Part shown: in pieces, positions 1-8,329 of the stretch | How the letters are laid out: each line of letters begins with the position of its first letter | Position numbering within the stretch: the first letter of the stretch is position 1 | Assembly (NCBI GenBank): GCA_041854745.1 | Contig: JBHACT010000040.1 | Location: 1,200 to 65,199, forward strand | Direction: 5' to 3' | DNA length: 64,000 nucleotides | DNA from: Candidatus Limimorpha sp. | Lineage (GTDB): Bacteria; Bacteroidota; Bacteroidia; Bacteroidales; F082 | Notes under the pieces: generated by a model | What the model was told of the DNA's origin: nothing | Database searches by the model: none | Seen by the model: only the letters and a program-made list of their open reading frames with translations | Made by a program: the position numbers and the translations under genes

Positions 1-502
1 TATTTGCACCGCAAGCGCTCGTGTTGGGAGCACCCGGGCAAACAACATCAACCCGAGTGCTGGCTTCCATGCGGGAATAACGCTCGACATGCCCGTTGCA
101 CAGCAAATATATTTATTCACTGGTGCCGAATACAGCGTCAAAGGATTCGTGATAGATGAAAGTATGGATACCAAAGTAACGGCTTCGTACGTGCAAGTCC
201 CCTTAGCCGTCGGTATTAAAATGGACATGAACAATTGGGGATTGTATATGAATACAGGACCTTATCTGGCTTACGGAGTGGGAGGGAGAATCACCCATGG
301 AAGCACTTCGACGAACACTTTCAGCGACACGTTTATGAAGAAATTCGACTTCGGATTCGTGTACAATGTCGGCATAGACTGGCGCAAATGGCGTTTCGGT
401 TGCGGCAGCGAGGTTGGACTCCTCAATATCCTGCAAGACAATGAAAGCGACATCAGCATGGAAAACATCAACTTTGTCTTTTCGGCAGGATACCGGTTCT
501 AA
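1..502 (+). CDS. Outer-membrane beta-barrel (porin-family) protein, 5'-partial
   Basis: Frame is open from the window edge (...NPSAGFHAGITLDMPVAQQ...) into ORF 89..502; amphipathic beta-strand periodicity; C-terminal ...SAGYRF aromatic terminus typical of OM beta-barrels. Confidence 0.7.
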   Translation, partial: ICTASARVGSTRANNINPSAGFHAGITLDMPVAQQIYLFTGAEYSVKGFVIDESMDTKVTASYVQVPLAVGIKMDMNNWGLYMNTGPYLAYGVGGRITHGSTSTNTFSDTFMKKFDFGFVYNVGIDWRKWRFGCGSEVGLLNILQDNESDISMENINFVFSAGYRF

Positions 503-586
503 CCAGATATAAACAAAATGAGCGTAAACGGTTAAGAACTAAAATGCAATATGAATATAAACAATCACATTAAAATCAAAAAAAGT

Positions 587-1066
587 ATGAGAAAAGCAAT
601 TTATGCAATCCTGTTTATCGGATTAATCGGAATGTTGAGCGCCTGCGGGAGCGCCAAACTGTTGCCCGTCGACGTGAGCAATCGGGCGATAGCTCTTGGA
701 AATGTAGAAGACAAAGCTTCGGTTTATATCTACCGTACATCAATACTGGGAGGAGCCGTGGGTATGCATGTCGATTTGGATGATGTCAGGCTCACGACCC
801 TGTATCCCAAAAACTTCTATCTCTGTCTCCTGGATCCCGGCGAATACGTGTTTACGGGAAATGCCGAAAACAAAGACAGGATAACGGTGGCTGTGGAAGC
901 CGGCAAGAGCTACTATATCGAAATCGTGCCCCGTATGGGTGTTGTTATGGCTCGCTGCAAAATAGAGTCGGTGGATGCAGCCGAAGGACGGGAAAAAGTC
1001 GGCAAGTGCAAACTGGTGGGATTGAACCCCGAAGCCCAAAAAGCGCTGAACTATTTTGCCCGATAA
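587..1066 (+). CDS. DUF2846-like lipoprotein
   Basis: Lipoprotein signal MRKAIYAILFIGLIGMLSAC; body (ASVYIYR...VDLDD...LDPGEYVF...AGKSYYIEI) fits the DUF2846 pattern; ATG 587 preferred over 551. Confidence 0.65.
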   Translation: MRKAIYAILFIGLIGMLSACGSAKLLPVDVSNRAIALGNVEDKASVYIYRTSILGGAVGMHVDLDDVRLTTLYPKNFYLCLLDPGEYVFTGNAENKDRITVAVEAGKSYYIEIVPRMGVVMARCKIESVDAAEGREKVGKCKLVGLNPEAQKALNYFAR

Positions 1067-1089
1067 ACGGAGAAAAGTCCGGCTGATAA

Positions 1090-1461
1090 TATCAATCCAC
1101 CTCCGATTCTTGTTGGTTCGAAATCACCGTTACCGCTACGGGTGGCGGATGGTTTGTAAGCAAGTTTCCCGACTGGATTGACCTGAATCCCGACCGCGGC
1201 AGTGAAGGCGCCACCACCGTTGCCATTTCGGTAGAAGCCAATCCCGACACCAAGCAACGGCGCGGATACGTCAAGTTCTCCTTCGGCGACATGCTCGAAG
1301 TGGTGCAGAGCGGAAGATACACCAGCAAGCAATTACTGAGAACATCACCAGCATTAACTCCAAGGCTTGGGTTCCTGGTGAGTGTATGTCTGGAAAATGT
1401 ATATCAACGGCACCTTTGCGGAAAGCAGGAAATGGATGAAGAAATAAGCCCATTTTACTGA
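1090..1461 (+). pseudogene. BACON-domain gene remnant (no start codon, probable frame decay)
   Basis: Open frame from 1090 without ATG translates ...EITVTATGGGWFVSKFPDWIDLNPDRGSEGATTVAISVEANPDTKQRRGYVKFSFGDMLEVVQSG..., a BACON-like signature; another frame reads better after about 1320. Confidence 0.5.
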
Positions 1462-1557
1462 ACAAAGAAAGTATGTACCAACATGGAATATCATTCCGCG
1501 AGAATCCGTACTTTTTCTGTCTGTAATTTTGCTGCATCATCGTGTTCGTTTTTTTTG

Positions 1558-1565
1558 TACTTTTG
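1558..1565 (+). promoter_or_regulatory. Bacteroidota -7 promoter box (TAnnTTTG)
   Basis: TACTTTTG, 29 nt before ATG 1595. Confidence 0.5.
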
Positions 1566-1594
1566 ACGCTTCAAACCAAGAAAAAATTTCATCA

Positions 1595-2197
1595 ATGAAA
1601 GTTAAACACTTGTTTTTAGTATTATTAGCTTGTTTGATAAGTACTTGCGGATTCTCGCAGAAGTTCACGGAAGACGATGCCAAACAGTTTTACCGTACCA
1701 TGCAAGGCGATTATGTCTTGCAGGTGAACGACTCAACGACAGCGATGGTACATTTTACCCCGATTTGGGAAAACTCCGGCAATCGTTTCCAGTGGATGTA
1801 TGTGGAGGCAGAGATAGGAAAGGATGTTGTTTTTCAGAAAGTTATGGAGCTGAGGCCGAAGACGGGTAAGAAGTTTCGTGTTTATCTGTACGACCTGAAG
1901 AATCCCGAACAGTTTGCAGGAAAGTGGGGCAACCGCAACTATTTTGATGGTTTCACTGCCACCATCCTTAAGGGAGGGAAACGCATCACTTTTGTGAAAA
2001 CATCCGATTTTTCTTATCAAACGAACGATGGTCCTTCACGATACGGTGCCATTGACTGTTTCCCGAAAGGCGACCTGTTGCATATCAAGTTTGTGCAGGA
2101 GGACGAGCGTTTCTACATCAAGCGGGTGCCGAAACGGACGAACCGAATCATCATTTACCAAGGGCTGAAGGAACTGACAGACGGCCCCATCGGATAA
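1595..2197 (+). CDS. Secreted hypothetical protein (tentatively CpcT/CpeT-like lipocalin fold)
   Basis: Signal peptide MKVKHLFLVLLACLISTCGFSQ from ATG 1595; FRVYLYDLKNPEQFAGKWG resembles CpcT/CpeT-family proteins; -7 box at 1558. Confidence 0.55.
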   Translation: MKVKHLFLVLLACLISTCGFSQKFTEDDAKQFYRTMQGDYVLQVNDSTTAMVHFTPIWENSGNRFQWMYVEAEIGKDVVFQKVMELRPKTGKKFRVYLYDLKNPEQFAGKWGNRNYFDGFTATILKGGKRITFVKTSDFSYQTNDGPSRYGAIDCFPKGDLLHIKFVQEDERFYIKRVPKRTNRIIIYQGLKELTDGPIG

Positions 2198-2202
2198 ACA
2201 AG

Positions 2203-2224
2203 AAAGCGGCTATGCCGCTTTTTT
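2203..2224. terminator. Bidirectional intrinsic terminator between convergent genes
   Basis: AAAGCGGC-TAT-GCCGCTTT followed by a T-run; A-run on the other side. Confidence 0.7.
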
Positions 2225-3951
2225 CATTTCATCTTGAATACCCAAGCCGCCGTGCTGCCAATATCGCTGTGTTTCAGGCTGCTCGTGTCGATGAAGAGTT
2301 GGCCGTCCTTGTATTTCCACGGCAAGGATTTCGGACAGCCCAACAGCGCGACTTTCATGCTTTCGGCAGGCTGGTCGAGGTTCAAAACGAGTTGGTCTTC
2401 GGGATAGTCAAGCGCGATGGCATAGAGGGCGTCCTTGCCTTGGGTGTAGCATACGCTGGGCTGCACACAGGTGTAGGTGGCTTTCAGGCCTTGTGCGGGC
2501 GTCGTGGCAGCCATTTGGAAGTCTTTCATCACTTGCTTTTCCATCTTTTTCGACGACCAATACAAGGTAATCGTGGCTTCAAGCTCGTCTTCCTCATACA
2601 ACACTTCGATGTTGTGATGTCCGGCGGAGAGTTTCATCTTTCCCGTGGGCGATGTCTTGGTGTTTTCTATGACGGTCTTTCCATCGATGATGAGTTGGGC
2701 TTTGTCATCGGTTTGAATCTCAAAGGTATAGGTGTCGGCAGGGCAGGAGAACACGCCTTGCCAATGTGCTTGGAAATGGTCGCAACTGATGGCAGGGTCA
2801 GGAGAATTGCGCTTCCAGTTGAAGTTGATTTCGGTGTCGTTGCGCACCAATGAGACAGGTTTCATCTCGTAGAATTTTTTGTAAGGCCGGGTTTCGTATA
2901 TGGCTTCCCCGTTGATTTCGAGCCATTTGCCGAGGTCAAGTAGGCGTTCCTGCTGCAAGAGGGGGATTTTGCCGTCGGCGGCTGGACCCACATTGAGTGT
3001 CATGCCGCCGCCTGCTGCCACAAGGACTGCAAAATGACGGATGAGTTCGTCTGAGGTCATGTAGTTGTCTAACGGCTCGTTGCGGTTGAGTCCGAAGCTG
3101 CGGCCCAGTCCGCGGCATTCGGCCCAAGGACGGTCGGTGAGGGTGATGCCCGCGCTGTATTCAGGAGTGCGGAAACCGTGCTGCTGTCCTTCGCCCCAAC
3201 GGTCGTTGACGATGGCCTCGCTGCCCACCGTGTTGTAATACCACGAAATGAGTTCGGTGGCGTGCCATTGTTCGGCGGTGTTGCGCCATTCGCCGTCGGT
3301 GAAAAGTACGGAGGGTTTATAGCGCGTGATGAGTTCCTTGAATTGGGGAATCATGTGCGTATCTACATAAGTGCCGATGTTCTCGTCGGGGTCTTCGTAC
3401 CATCGGTGGATTTTGCTCGACCATTCGGGAAGTGAGTAATATAAGCCCATTTTAAGTCCTTGTTTGCGCACGGCTTCGGTCAGTTCGCCGCAGATGTCGC
3501 GTTTCGGCCCGACTTCCACGGAGTTCCACCCGGGAGCATACTGGCTCGGCCAGAGGCAGTAGCCGTCGTGGTGCTTCGAGACCAAGAGCACGTATTTCGC
3601 CCCTGATTTCTTAAAAAGCTCGGCCCATTCGTCGGGATTCCAAAGTTCGCCCTTAAACATCGGCGCGAAGTCCTCGTATCGGAAGTCTTTACCGTATATG
3701 CGTTCTTGGAAGGTCTTGCGTTCGTCGTTGGTGGTTAGGCCACGATAATACCATTCTGCATAGCCTTCGAGACTGGCGTATGCGGGCACGGAATACACGC
3801 CCCAATGGATGAAAATGCCTAATTTGGCGTCGGAGAACCACTGCGGATAGCCCCGCTCGTTGATGGATTCCCATGTGGGCTGCACTTGGGCGGAAAGAAG
3901 GTTGCAGAAAAGCAACGCTGCGATGAGATGGATGGTTTTCTTTGCTTTCAT
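2224..3951 (-). CDS. GH29 alpha-L-fucosidase with C-terminal PA14-like module
   Basis: Signal peptide; GH29 N-terminal signature (GIFIHWGVYSVPAY...EWYYR); C-terminal TYTFEIQTDDKAQLIIDGKTV...GHHNIEVLYEE looks PA14-like; ATG at 3951 (3960 is TTG). Confidence 0.85.
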   Translation of the reverse strand: MKAKKTIHLIAALLFCNLLSAQVQPTWESINERGYPQWFSDAKLGIFIHWGVYSVPAYASLEGYAEWYYRGLTTNDERKTFQERIYGKDFRYEDFAPMFKGELWNPDEWAELFKKSGAKYVLLVSKHHDGYCLWPSQYAPGWNSVEVGPKRDICGELTEAVRKQGLKMGLYYSLPEWSSKIHRWYEDPDENIGTYVDTHMIPQFKELITRYKPSVLFTDGEWRNTAEQWHATELISWYYNTVGSEAIVNDRWGEGQQHGFRTPEYSAGITLTDRPWAECRGLGRSFGLNRNEPLDNYMTSDELIRHFAVLVAAGGGMTLNVGPAADGKIPLLQQERLLDLGKWLEINGEAIYETRPYKKFYEMKPVSLVRNDTEINFNWKRNSPDPAISCDHFQAHWQGVFSCPADTYTFEIQTDDKAQLIIDGKTVIENTKTSPTGKMKLSAGHHNIEVLYEEDELEATITLYWSSKKMEKQVMKDFQMAATTPAQGLKATYTCVQPSVCYTQGKDALYAIALDYPEDQLVLNLDQPAESMKVALLGCPKSLPWKYKDGQLFIDTSSLKHSDIGSTAAWVFKMK

Positions 3952-3957
3952 AATGTG

Positions 3958-3965
3958 CAAAAGTA
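3958..3965 (-). promoter_or_regulatory. Bacteroidota -7 promoter box (TAnnTTTG)
   Basis: TACTTTTG on minus strand, 6 nt before ATG 3951. Confidence 0.5.
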
Positions 3966-4007
3966 GTACATTTTACCCATCCATGTAAAAACTTGCTCAA
4001 AAATTCC

Positions 4008-4015
4008 TAATTTTG
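4008..4015 (+). promoter_or_regulatory. Bacteroidota -7 promoter box (TAnnTTTG)
   Basis: TAATTTTG, 4 nt before ATG 4020. Confidence 0.5.
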
Positions 4016-4019
4016 CCGT

Positions 4020-5543
4020 ATGAACATCTACCAACTTTTTCCCAGACTCTTCGGGAACAAGCAGACGGGCTTCCACTTCAACGGCACCAAAGCCGAAAAC
4101 GGCTGCGGCACCTTCAACGATATTGACGGAACTGCACTTGAGGCCGTCAAAGGTTTGGGTATCACCCATGTTTGGCTGACGGGCATTTTGGAGCACGCTT
4201 CAGAATCGACGGGCACACATCCTGATATTACAAAGGGGAAGGCCGGTTCGCCCTACGCCGTTACTGATTATCGCGCCGTTGACCCTGATTTGGGCACGAT
4301 GGCCGACTTTGAGCGGCTTGTCGAGCGTATCCATCAGAAGGGGATGAAAGTAATCATCGACTTCATTCCCAATCACTTGGCTCGGCAGAACAAGGGATTT
4401 GATTCAAACAATTTCTGCTATTGTGAGGGACAGGCGTTTGTTTCGCCAATAAGAATCGGCGAGAAGCCATACGAGGAGTTTCCCGCCAAGGCAACGGGCA
4501 ACAACGTGTTTGCGCCCAACCCCAGTTTGAACGACTGGTACGACACGGTGAAGCTGAACTACAGCGAGCATAACACTTGGGAGAAGATGTTGGAGATTCT
4601 GCGTTTCTGGTGCGGCAAAATGGTGGATGGCTTCCGTGTGGACATGGCCGAGATGGTGCCCGTGGCGTTTTGGCAGTGGACGATTGAAAATTTGAGGAAA
4701 GATTACCGGCCTTTGATGATTGCGGAAATCTATCAACCTGAGCTTTATCGCGCTTTCTTGGACGCAGGTTTCGATTACCTTTATGACAAGGTGGGGTTGT
4801 ATGATACATTAGAGCAGGTGCTTTGTCAGGGGCACAAGGCGGAGGAGATCAGCAAGATGTGGAAAGATTTGGACGGCTTGGACGACCGCATGCTCCGTTT
4901 CATGGAGAACCACGACGAGAAGCGTTTGGCCTCGCCCCATTTTGTAGGGGACGCCTTTGCCGCTTTGCCCGGTGTGGCACTTTCCGCCTTGATAAGCAAA
5001 GGGCCATTCATGGTATACAACGGTCAGGAGAGTGGTGAGAATGCCCTTGGCGAAGTGGGCTACAGCGGCGACGACGGGCGCACCTCCATTTTCGATTATG
5101 GTCACATGCCGCGACATCAGCAATGGATGAATGGTGGCAAATTTGACGGCGGTCGGTTCGATGAAGCGCAGAAGAGGTTGTTTGGATATTATCGTAAACT
5201 GTTGCGTTTCAGGTTGGAACATGCCGCCATCAGCGATGGGCAGTTTTATGATTTGATGTGGTGCAACCCTTGGTACGCCAACTTCGATCCGCAATTTGTC
5301 TATGCCTTCCTACGCTATTCTGATACGGAGCACTTATTGGTGGTGGTTAACTTTCATCGCGCCGAGGCTCGCGATGTGGAGGTGAAAATCCCTCACGATG
5401 CCTTGGCCTTGATGGGTCAAAATAAAGCTAACAAATTTGATATGAACGACTTCGCTTCGGAGGTGGTGCTTGTGCATTTGGCAGCCTCGGAGACCAAGGT
5501 CATCGACTTAGACAGCAATAAGGTTGTTCTTGAGAACCGGTGA
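4020..5543 (+). CDS. GH13 alpha-amylase-family glycoside hydrolase
   Basis: GH13 conserved regions DFIPNH, GFRVDMAEMVP, MIAEIY, FMENHDE; adjacent to glgB. Confidence 0.85.
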   Translation: MNIYQLFPRLFGNKQTGFHFNGTKAENGCGTFNDIDGTALEAVKGLGITHVWLTGILEHASESTGTHPDITKGKAGSPYAVTDYRAVDPDLGTMADFERLVERIHQKGMKVIIDFIPNHLARQNKGFDSNNFCYCEGQAFVSPIRIGEKPYEEFPAKATGNNVFAPNPSLNDWYDTVKLNYSEHNTWEKMLEILRFWCGKMVDGFRVDMAEMVPVAFWQWTIENLRKDYRPLMIAEIYQPELYRAFLDAGFDYLYDKVGLYDTLEQVLCQGHKAEEISKMWKDLDGLDDRMLRFMENHDEKRLASPHFVGDAFAALPGVALSALISKGPFMVYNGQESGENALGEVGYSGDDGRTSIFDYGHMPRHQQWMNGGKFDGGRFDEAQKRLFGYYRKLLRFRLEHAAISDGQFYDLMWCNPWYANFDPQFVYAFLRYSDTEHLLVVVNFHRAEARDVEVKIPHDALALMGQNKANKFDMNDFASEVVLVHLAASETKVIDLDSNKVVLENR

Positions 5544-5561
5544 GGTTTGGGATATTTTTGT

Positions 5562-5569
5562 TACTTTTG
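5562..5569 (+). promoter_or_regulatory. Bacteroidota -7 promoter box (TAnnTTTG)
   Basis: TACTTTTG (second match TATTTTTG at 5553-5560), 81 nt before glgB ATG. Confidence 0.5.
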
Positions 5570-5650
5570 CTGGAAATATCTGATTGAATAAGAGCCTTGA
5601 ACTCCAAAACATAGAATACAAGCGATTTGGAAACGAAAACAAATAATACC

Positions 5651-7651
5651 ATGCTTCCCCTCGTACAAAACGACCCTTGGCTCAATCCCGTAAGCAATGC
5701 GGTGGAGAAACGCCACAACCTTTATGAACAGCGGCTGTCGGGCATCAAAAATCGTTACGGCAGTCTCAAAACTTTCGCTACGGCGCACCAGTTTTTGGGC
5801 TTCAATTACGACAAGCGTCGTCGCGGCTGGTGGTATCGCGAATGGGCGCCAGCGGCGCATTATCTCTCGCTGATGGGCGACTTCAACGGCTGGAACCGCT
5901 ACGAGTATCCTATGGAACTTGCGGGTGCCGGGCTGTGGGAGATTTTTCTGCCCGACAACGAGTTTGGCGACAAGCTGGTTCATGGCAGCAAACTGAAAGT
6001 GCTGGTGCAGTCGCAAATCGGTGAGCATGAACGCATTCCGGTGTATATCAAGCGCGTGATTCAGGACGAAGGCAATAAGGATTTTGCAGGCCAGTTTTGG
6101 AATCCACCCACACCTTATATATATAAGCACACCGTACCGCAGTTGAAAAACGAGCCATTGCTGATTTACGAGGCGCACATCGGTATGGCACAAGAGGAAG
6201 AGCGGGTAGGGACTTACAAGGAGTTTACTGAAAAGATCCTGCCCCGTATCAAGGCGGGGGGCTACAACGCCATCCAACTCATGGCCATTGCCGAACATCC
6301 CTATTATGGTTCGTTTGGCTACCATGTCTCCAATTTCTTCGCGCCGTCATCGCGTTTCGGCACACCCGAAGAGTTGAAGGAGCTCATCGACACGGCGCAC
6401 GGTATGGGTTTGTTGGTCATCATGGACTTGGTTCATTCCCACACGGTGAAGAACATCCGTGAAGGCATCAACCTGTTCGACGGCTCCGATAGCCAATACC
6501 TACATCCCGGCGAGCGTGGCAACCACAACCTTTGGGATTCCAAACTCTTCAATTACGGCAAGGAGGAGACCTTGCAGTTCCTGCTCTCCAATGTGCGTTA
6601 TTGGCTGGAGGAGTTCCGTTTCGACGGCTTCCGTTTCGATGGCGTGACTTCCATGCTTTATCTCGACCACGGTATTGGGACAAGTTTCGACACTCCTGAG
6701 AAATATTTCAATGAAAATGTGGATGACGATGCAGTTACCTACTTGCAACTGGCTAATACGCTTTGCCATGAGTTGAATCCGAAAGCCCTCACCATTGCGG
6801 AGGATGTGAGCGGTATGCCGGGGCTCTGCAACCCGATTGCCGATGGCGGCATGGGCTTCAACTACCGCTTGGGCATGGGACTGCCCGATTTCTGGATCAA
6901 GGTGCTGAAAGACGAACCCGAGGAGCAGTGGAACATGAACGAGTTTTTCTTCACCATGACCAACCACCTCCCGCAAACCAAAACGGTGGCTTACGCTGAG
7001 TCGCACGACCAAGCCTTGGTGGGTGATAAGACCATCGCTTTCCGACTGATGGATAGGGAAATGTACACCGCCATGAGTATCGACACGCCTTCTATGACGG
7101 TCGACCGAGGTATTGCCCTACACAAGATGATACGCCTCTTCACGCTCACTTTGGGCGGCGAAGCGTGGCTCAACTTCATGGGCAACGAGTTCGGCCATCC
7201 CGAATGGATCGACTTCCCGCGCCTTGACAATAGTTGGAGCTATCAATACGCTCGCCGCCAGTGGTCGTTGGCTGACAACCCAAACCTGAAATACCATTTC
7301 ATGGGTGCATTCGACAAGGCCATGCTCGGTTTCGTGAAACGCTATCCCGTGATGCAGGTTCCTCCCGCATGGATGCTTCATGCCGACGAGGAGCACAAGA
7401 CCGTCGTTTACGAGCGAGGCAACATGATTTTTGTCTTCAACTGGGGTGCACAGTCCATTCCCGATTACAAGATACCCGTTAGAGAGACAGGCGATTACCG
7501 CATTGTTTTCACTACTGACGACAAGGCTTTCGGCGGTTTCGGCAACATTGACGCGAGTGTGAAATTCCCTTCGGAGAAAAAGAAGGACAGCATCACCATG
7601 AAGGTTTACAATGTGAGCCGCGTGGCGACAGTGTATCAGCGCATTGCGTAA
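5651..7651 (+). CDS. glgB: 1,4-alpha-glucan branching enzyme
   Basis: GH13 branching-enzyme motifs DLVHSH, GFRFDGVTSM, AEDVSG, YAESHDQ; first ATG at 5651 (5627 is TTG). Confidence 0.9.
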   Translation: MLPLVQNDPWLNPVSNAVEKRHNLYEQRLSGIKNRYGSLKTFATAHQFLGFNYDKRRRGWWYREWAPAAHYLSLMGDFNGWNRYEYPMELAGAGLWEIFLPDNEFGDKLVHGSKLKVLVQSQIGEHERIPVYIKRVIQDEGNKDFAGQFWNPPTPYIYKHTVPQLKNEPLLIYEAHIGMAQEEERVGTYKEFTEKILPRIKAGGYNAIQLMAIAEHPYYGSFGYHVSNFFAPSSRFGTPEELKELIDTAHGMGLLVIMDLVHSHTVKNIREGINLFDGSDSQYLHPGERGNHNLWDSKLFNYGKEETLQFLLSNVRYWLEEFRFDGFRFDGVTSMLYLDHGIGTSFDTPEKYFNENVDDDAVTYLQLANTLCHELNPKALTIAEDVSGMPGLCNPIADGGMGFNYRLGMGLPDFWIKVLKDEPEEQWNMNEFFFTMTNHLPQTKTVAYAESHDQALVGDKTIAFRLMDREMYTAMSIDTPSMTVDRGIALHKMIRLFTLTLGGEAWLNFMGNEFGHPEWIDFPRLDNSWSYQYARRQWSLADNPNLKYHFMGAFDKAMLGFVKRYPVMQVPPAWMLHADEEHKTVVYERGNMIFVFNWGAQSIPDYKIPVRETGDYRIVFTTDDKAFGGFGNIDASVKFPSEKKKDSITMKVYNVSRVATVYQRIA

Positions 7652-7655
7652 ACAC

Positions 7656-7682
7656 AAAAGCCGCCCCGAAGAGCGGCCTTTT
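7656..7682 (+). terminator. Intrinsic terminator after glgB
   Basis: AAAAGCCGC-CCCGAAGA-GCGGCCTTTT hairpin with T-tail. Confidence 0.65.
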
Positions 7683-7685
7683 GCC

Positions 7686-7712
7686 TGTAGAGACGCGATT
7701 CATCGCGTCTCA
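7686..7712. repeat. REP-like palindrome, GTAGAGAC family
   Basis: TGTAGAGACGCGAT-tc-ATCGCGTCTCA, 10-bp stem; after the glgB terminator. Confidence 0.8.
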
Positions 7713-7730
7713 AATCCCATTCCGGAAATA

Positions 7731-8237
7731 TTAGAAATTGTAGTACAATCCAAAACCGGGAGCCGAAGTGGCAAAGTTCATGCGGAAACCTTCGTCACCG
7801 TATATGTTGCACTTGTTGTAGCCAATGAAGGCGAAACGGAAGGCAGCCGTCCAATGTTTGGTAGCCATCCAAGCAATGCCGGGTTGCAAGCCGACTCTGT
7901 AACCATTTCCATTCAATGTGGCGAAATCACCTGTCAGATCCATGAACAATGCAAATTTCTCGATGTTGCAGATACTGTAGCGAACATAGGGAGAAAGAGT
8001 CAGGGAAGGGGTGACGGCATCCGAGTTTTCAAGTTTTTCCTTTTGGTACCCATAGTTTACCGCAAGAGCGACAGTCCATTTGGTGTCGGGGATGCTGTAA
8101 CCCACTTCTGGAGCAATGGCAAAACGGGTAACACTGCTGTTGATGGTTGCATTGGTTGAACCGCCCAACCAAACTTGAGCGTTTGCAGTGAAGATGCCTA
8201 CGAATGCAATGACCAAGGTCAAAAACAATTTTTTCAT
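7731..8237 (-). CDS. Small outer-membrane beta-barrel protein
   Basis: Signal peptide ...GIFTANAQ; beta-strand periodicity; C-terminal ...GFGLYYNF. Confidence 0.7.
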   Translation of the reverse strand: MKKLFLTLVIAFVGIFTANAQVWLGGSTNATINSSVTRFAIAPEVGYSIPDTKWTVALAVNYGYQKEKLENSDAVTPSLTLSPYVRYSICNIEKFALFMDLTGDFATLNGNGYRVGLQPGIAWMATKHWTAAFRFAFIGYNKCNIYGDEGFRMNFATSAPGFGLYYNF

Positions 8238-8282
8238 TTTTTGATGATTTAATTAAACAATTTGTGAATTGGATTGATTTCT

Positions 8283-8320
8283 GTTTTGCAGAGACGCGCC
8301 ACGGCGCGTCTCTGCAAAAC
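8283..8320. repeat. REP-like palindrome, GTAGAGAC-family variant (GCAGAGAC)
   Basis: GTTTTGCAGAGACGCGCC-ac-GGCGCGTCTCTGCAAAAC, 18-bp arms; 9 nt past the OadA-like stop. Confidence 0.85.
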
Positions 8321-8329
8321 AAATCCATT

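Noticed and set aside
1111-1125. GGTTCGAAATC, resembling a tRNA T-loop
   Set aside because: The flanks cannot form a T-stem, acceptor stem or anticodon arm, and the string lies inside the BACON-like reading frame.
7690-7711. The REP stems contain GAGACG/CGTCTC, the recognition sequence of type IIS enzymes such as Esp3I/BsmBI, suggesting a link to the R-M cassette at 52422-54009
   Set aside because: The cassette looks like a small orthodox type II pair (beta-class SPPY methyltransferase plus a ~250-aa nuclease), not a large type IIS enzyme. Nothing in the sequence ties its specificity to CGTCTC. The idea is speculative and testable only by methylome data.
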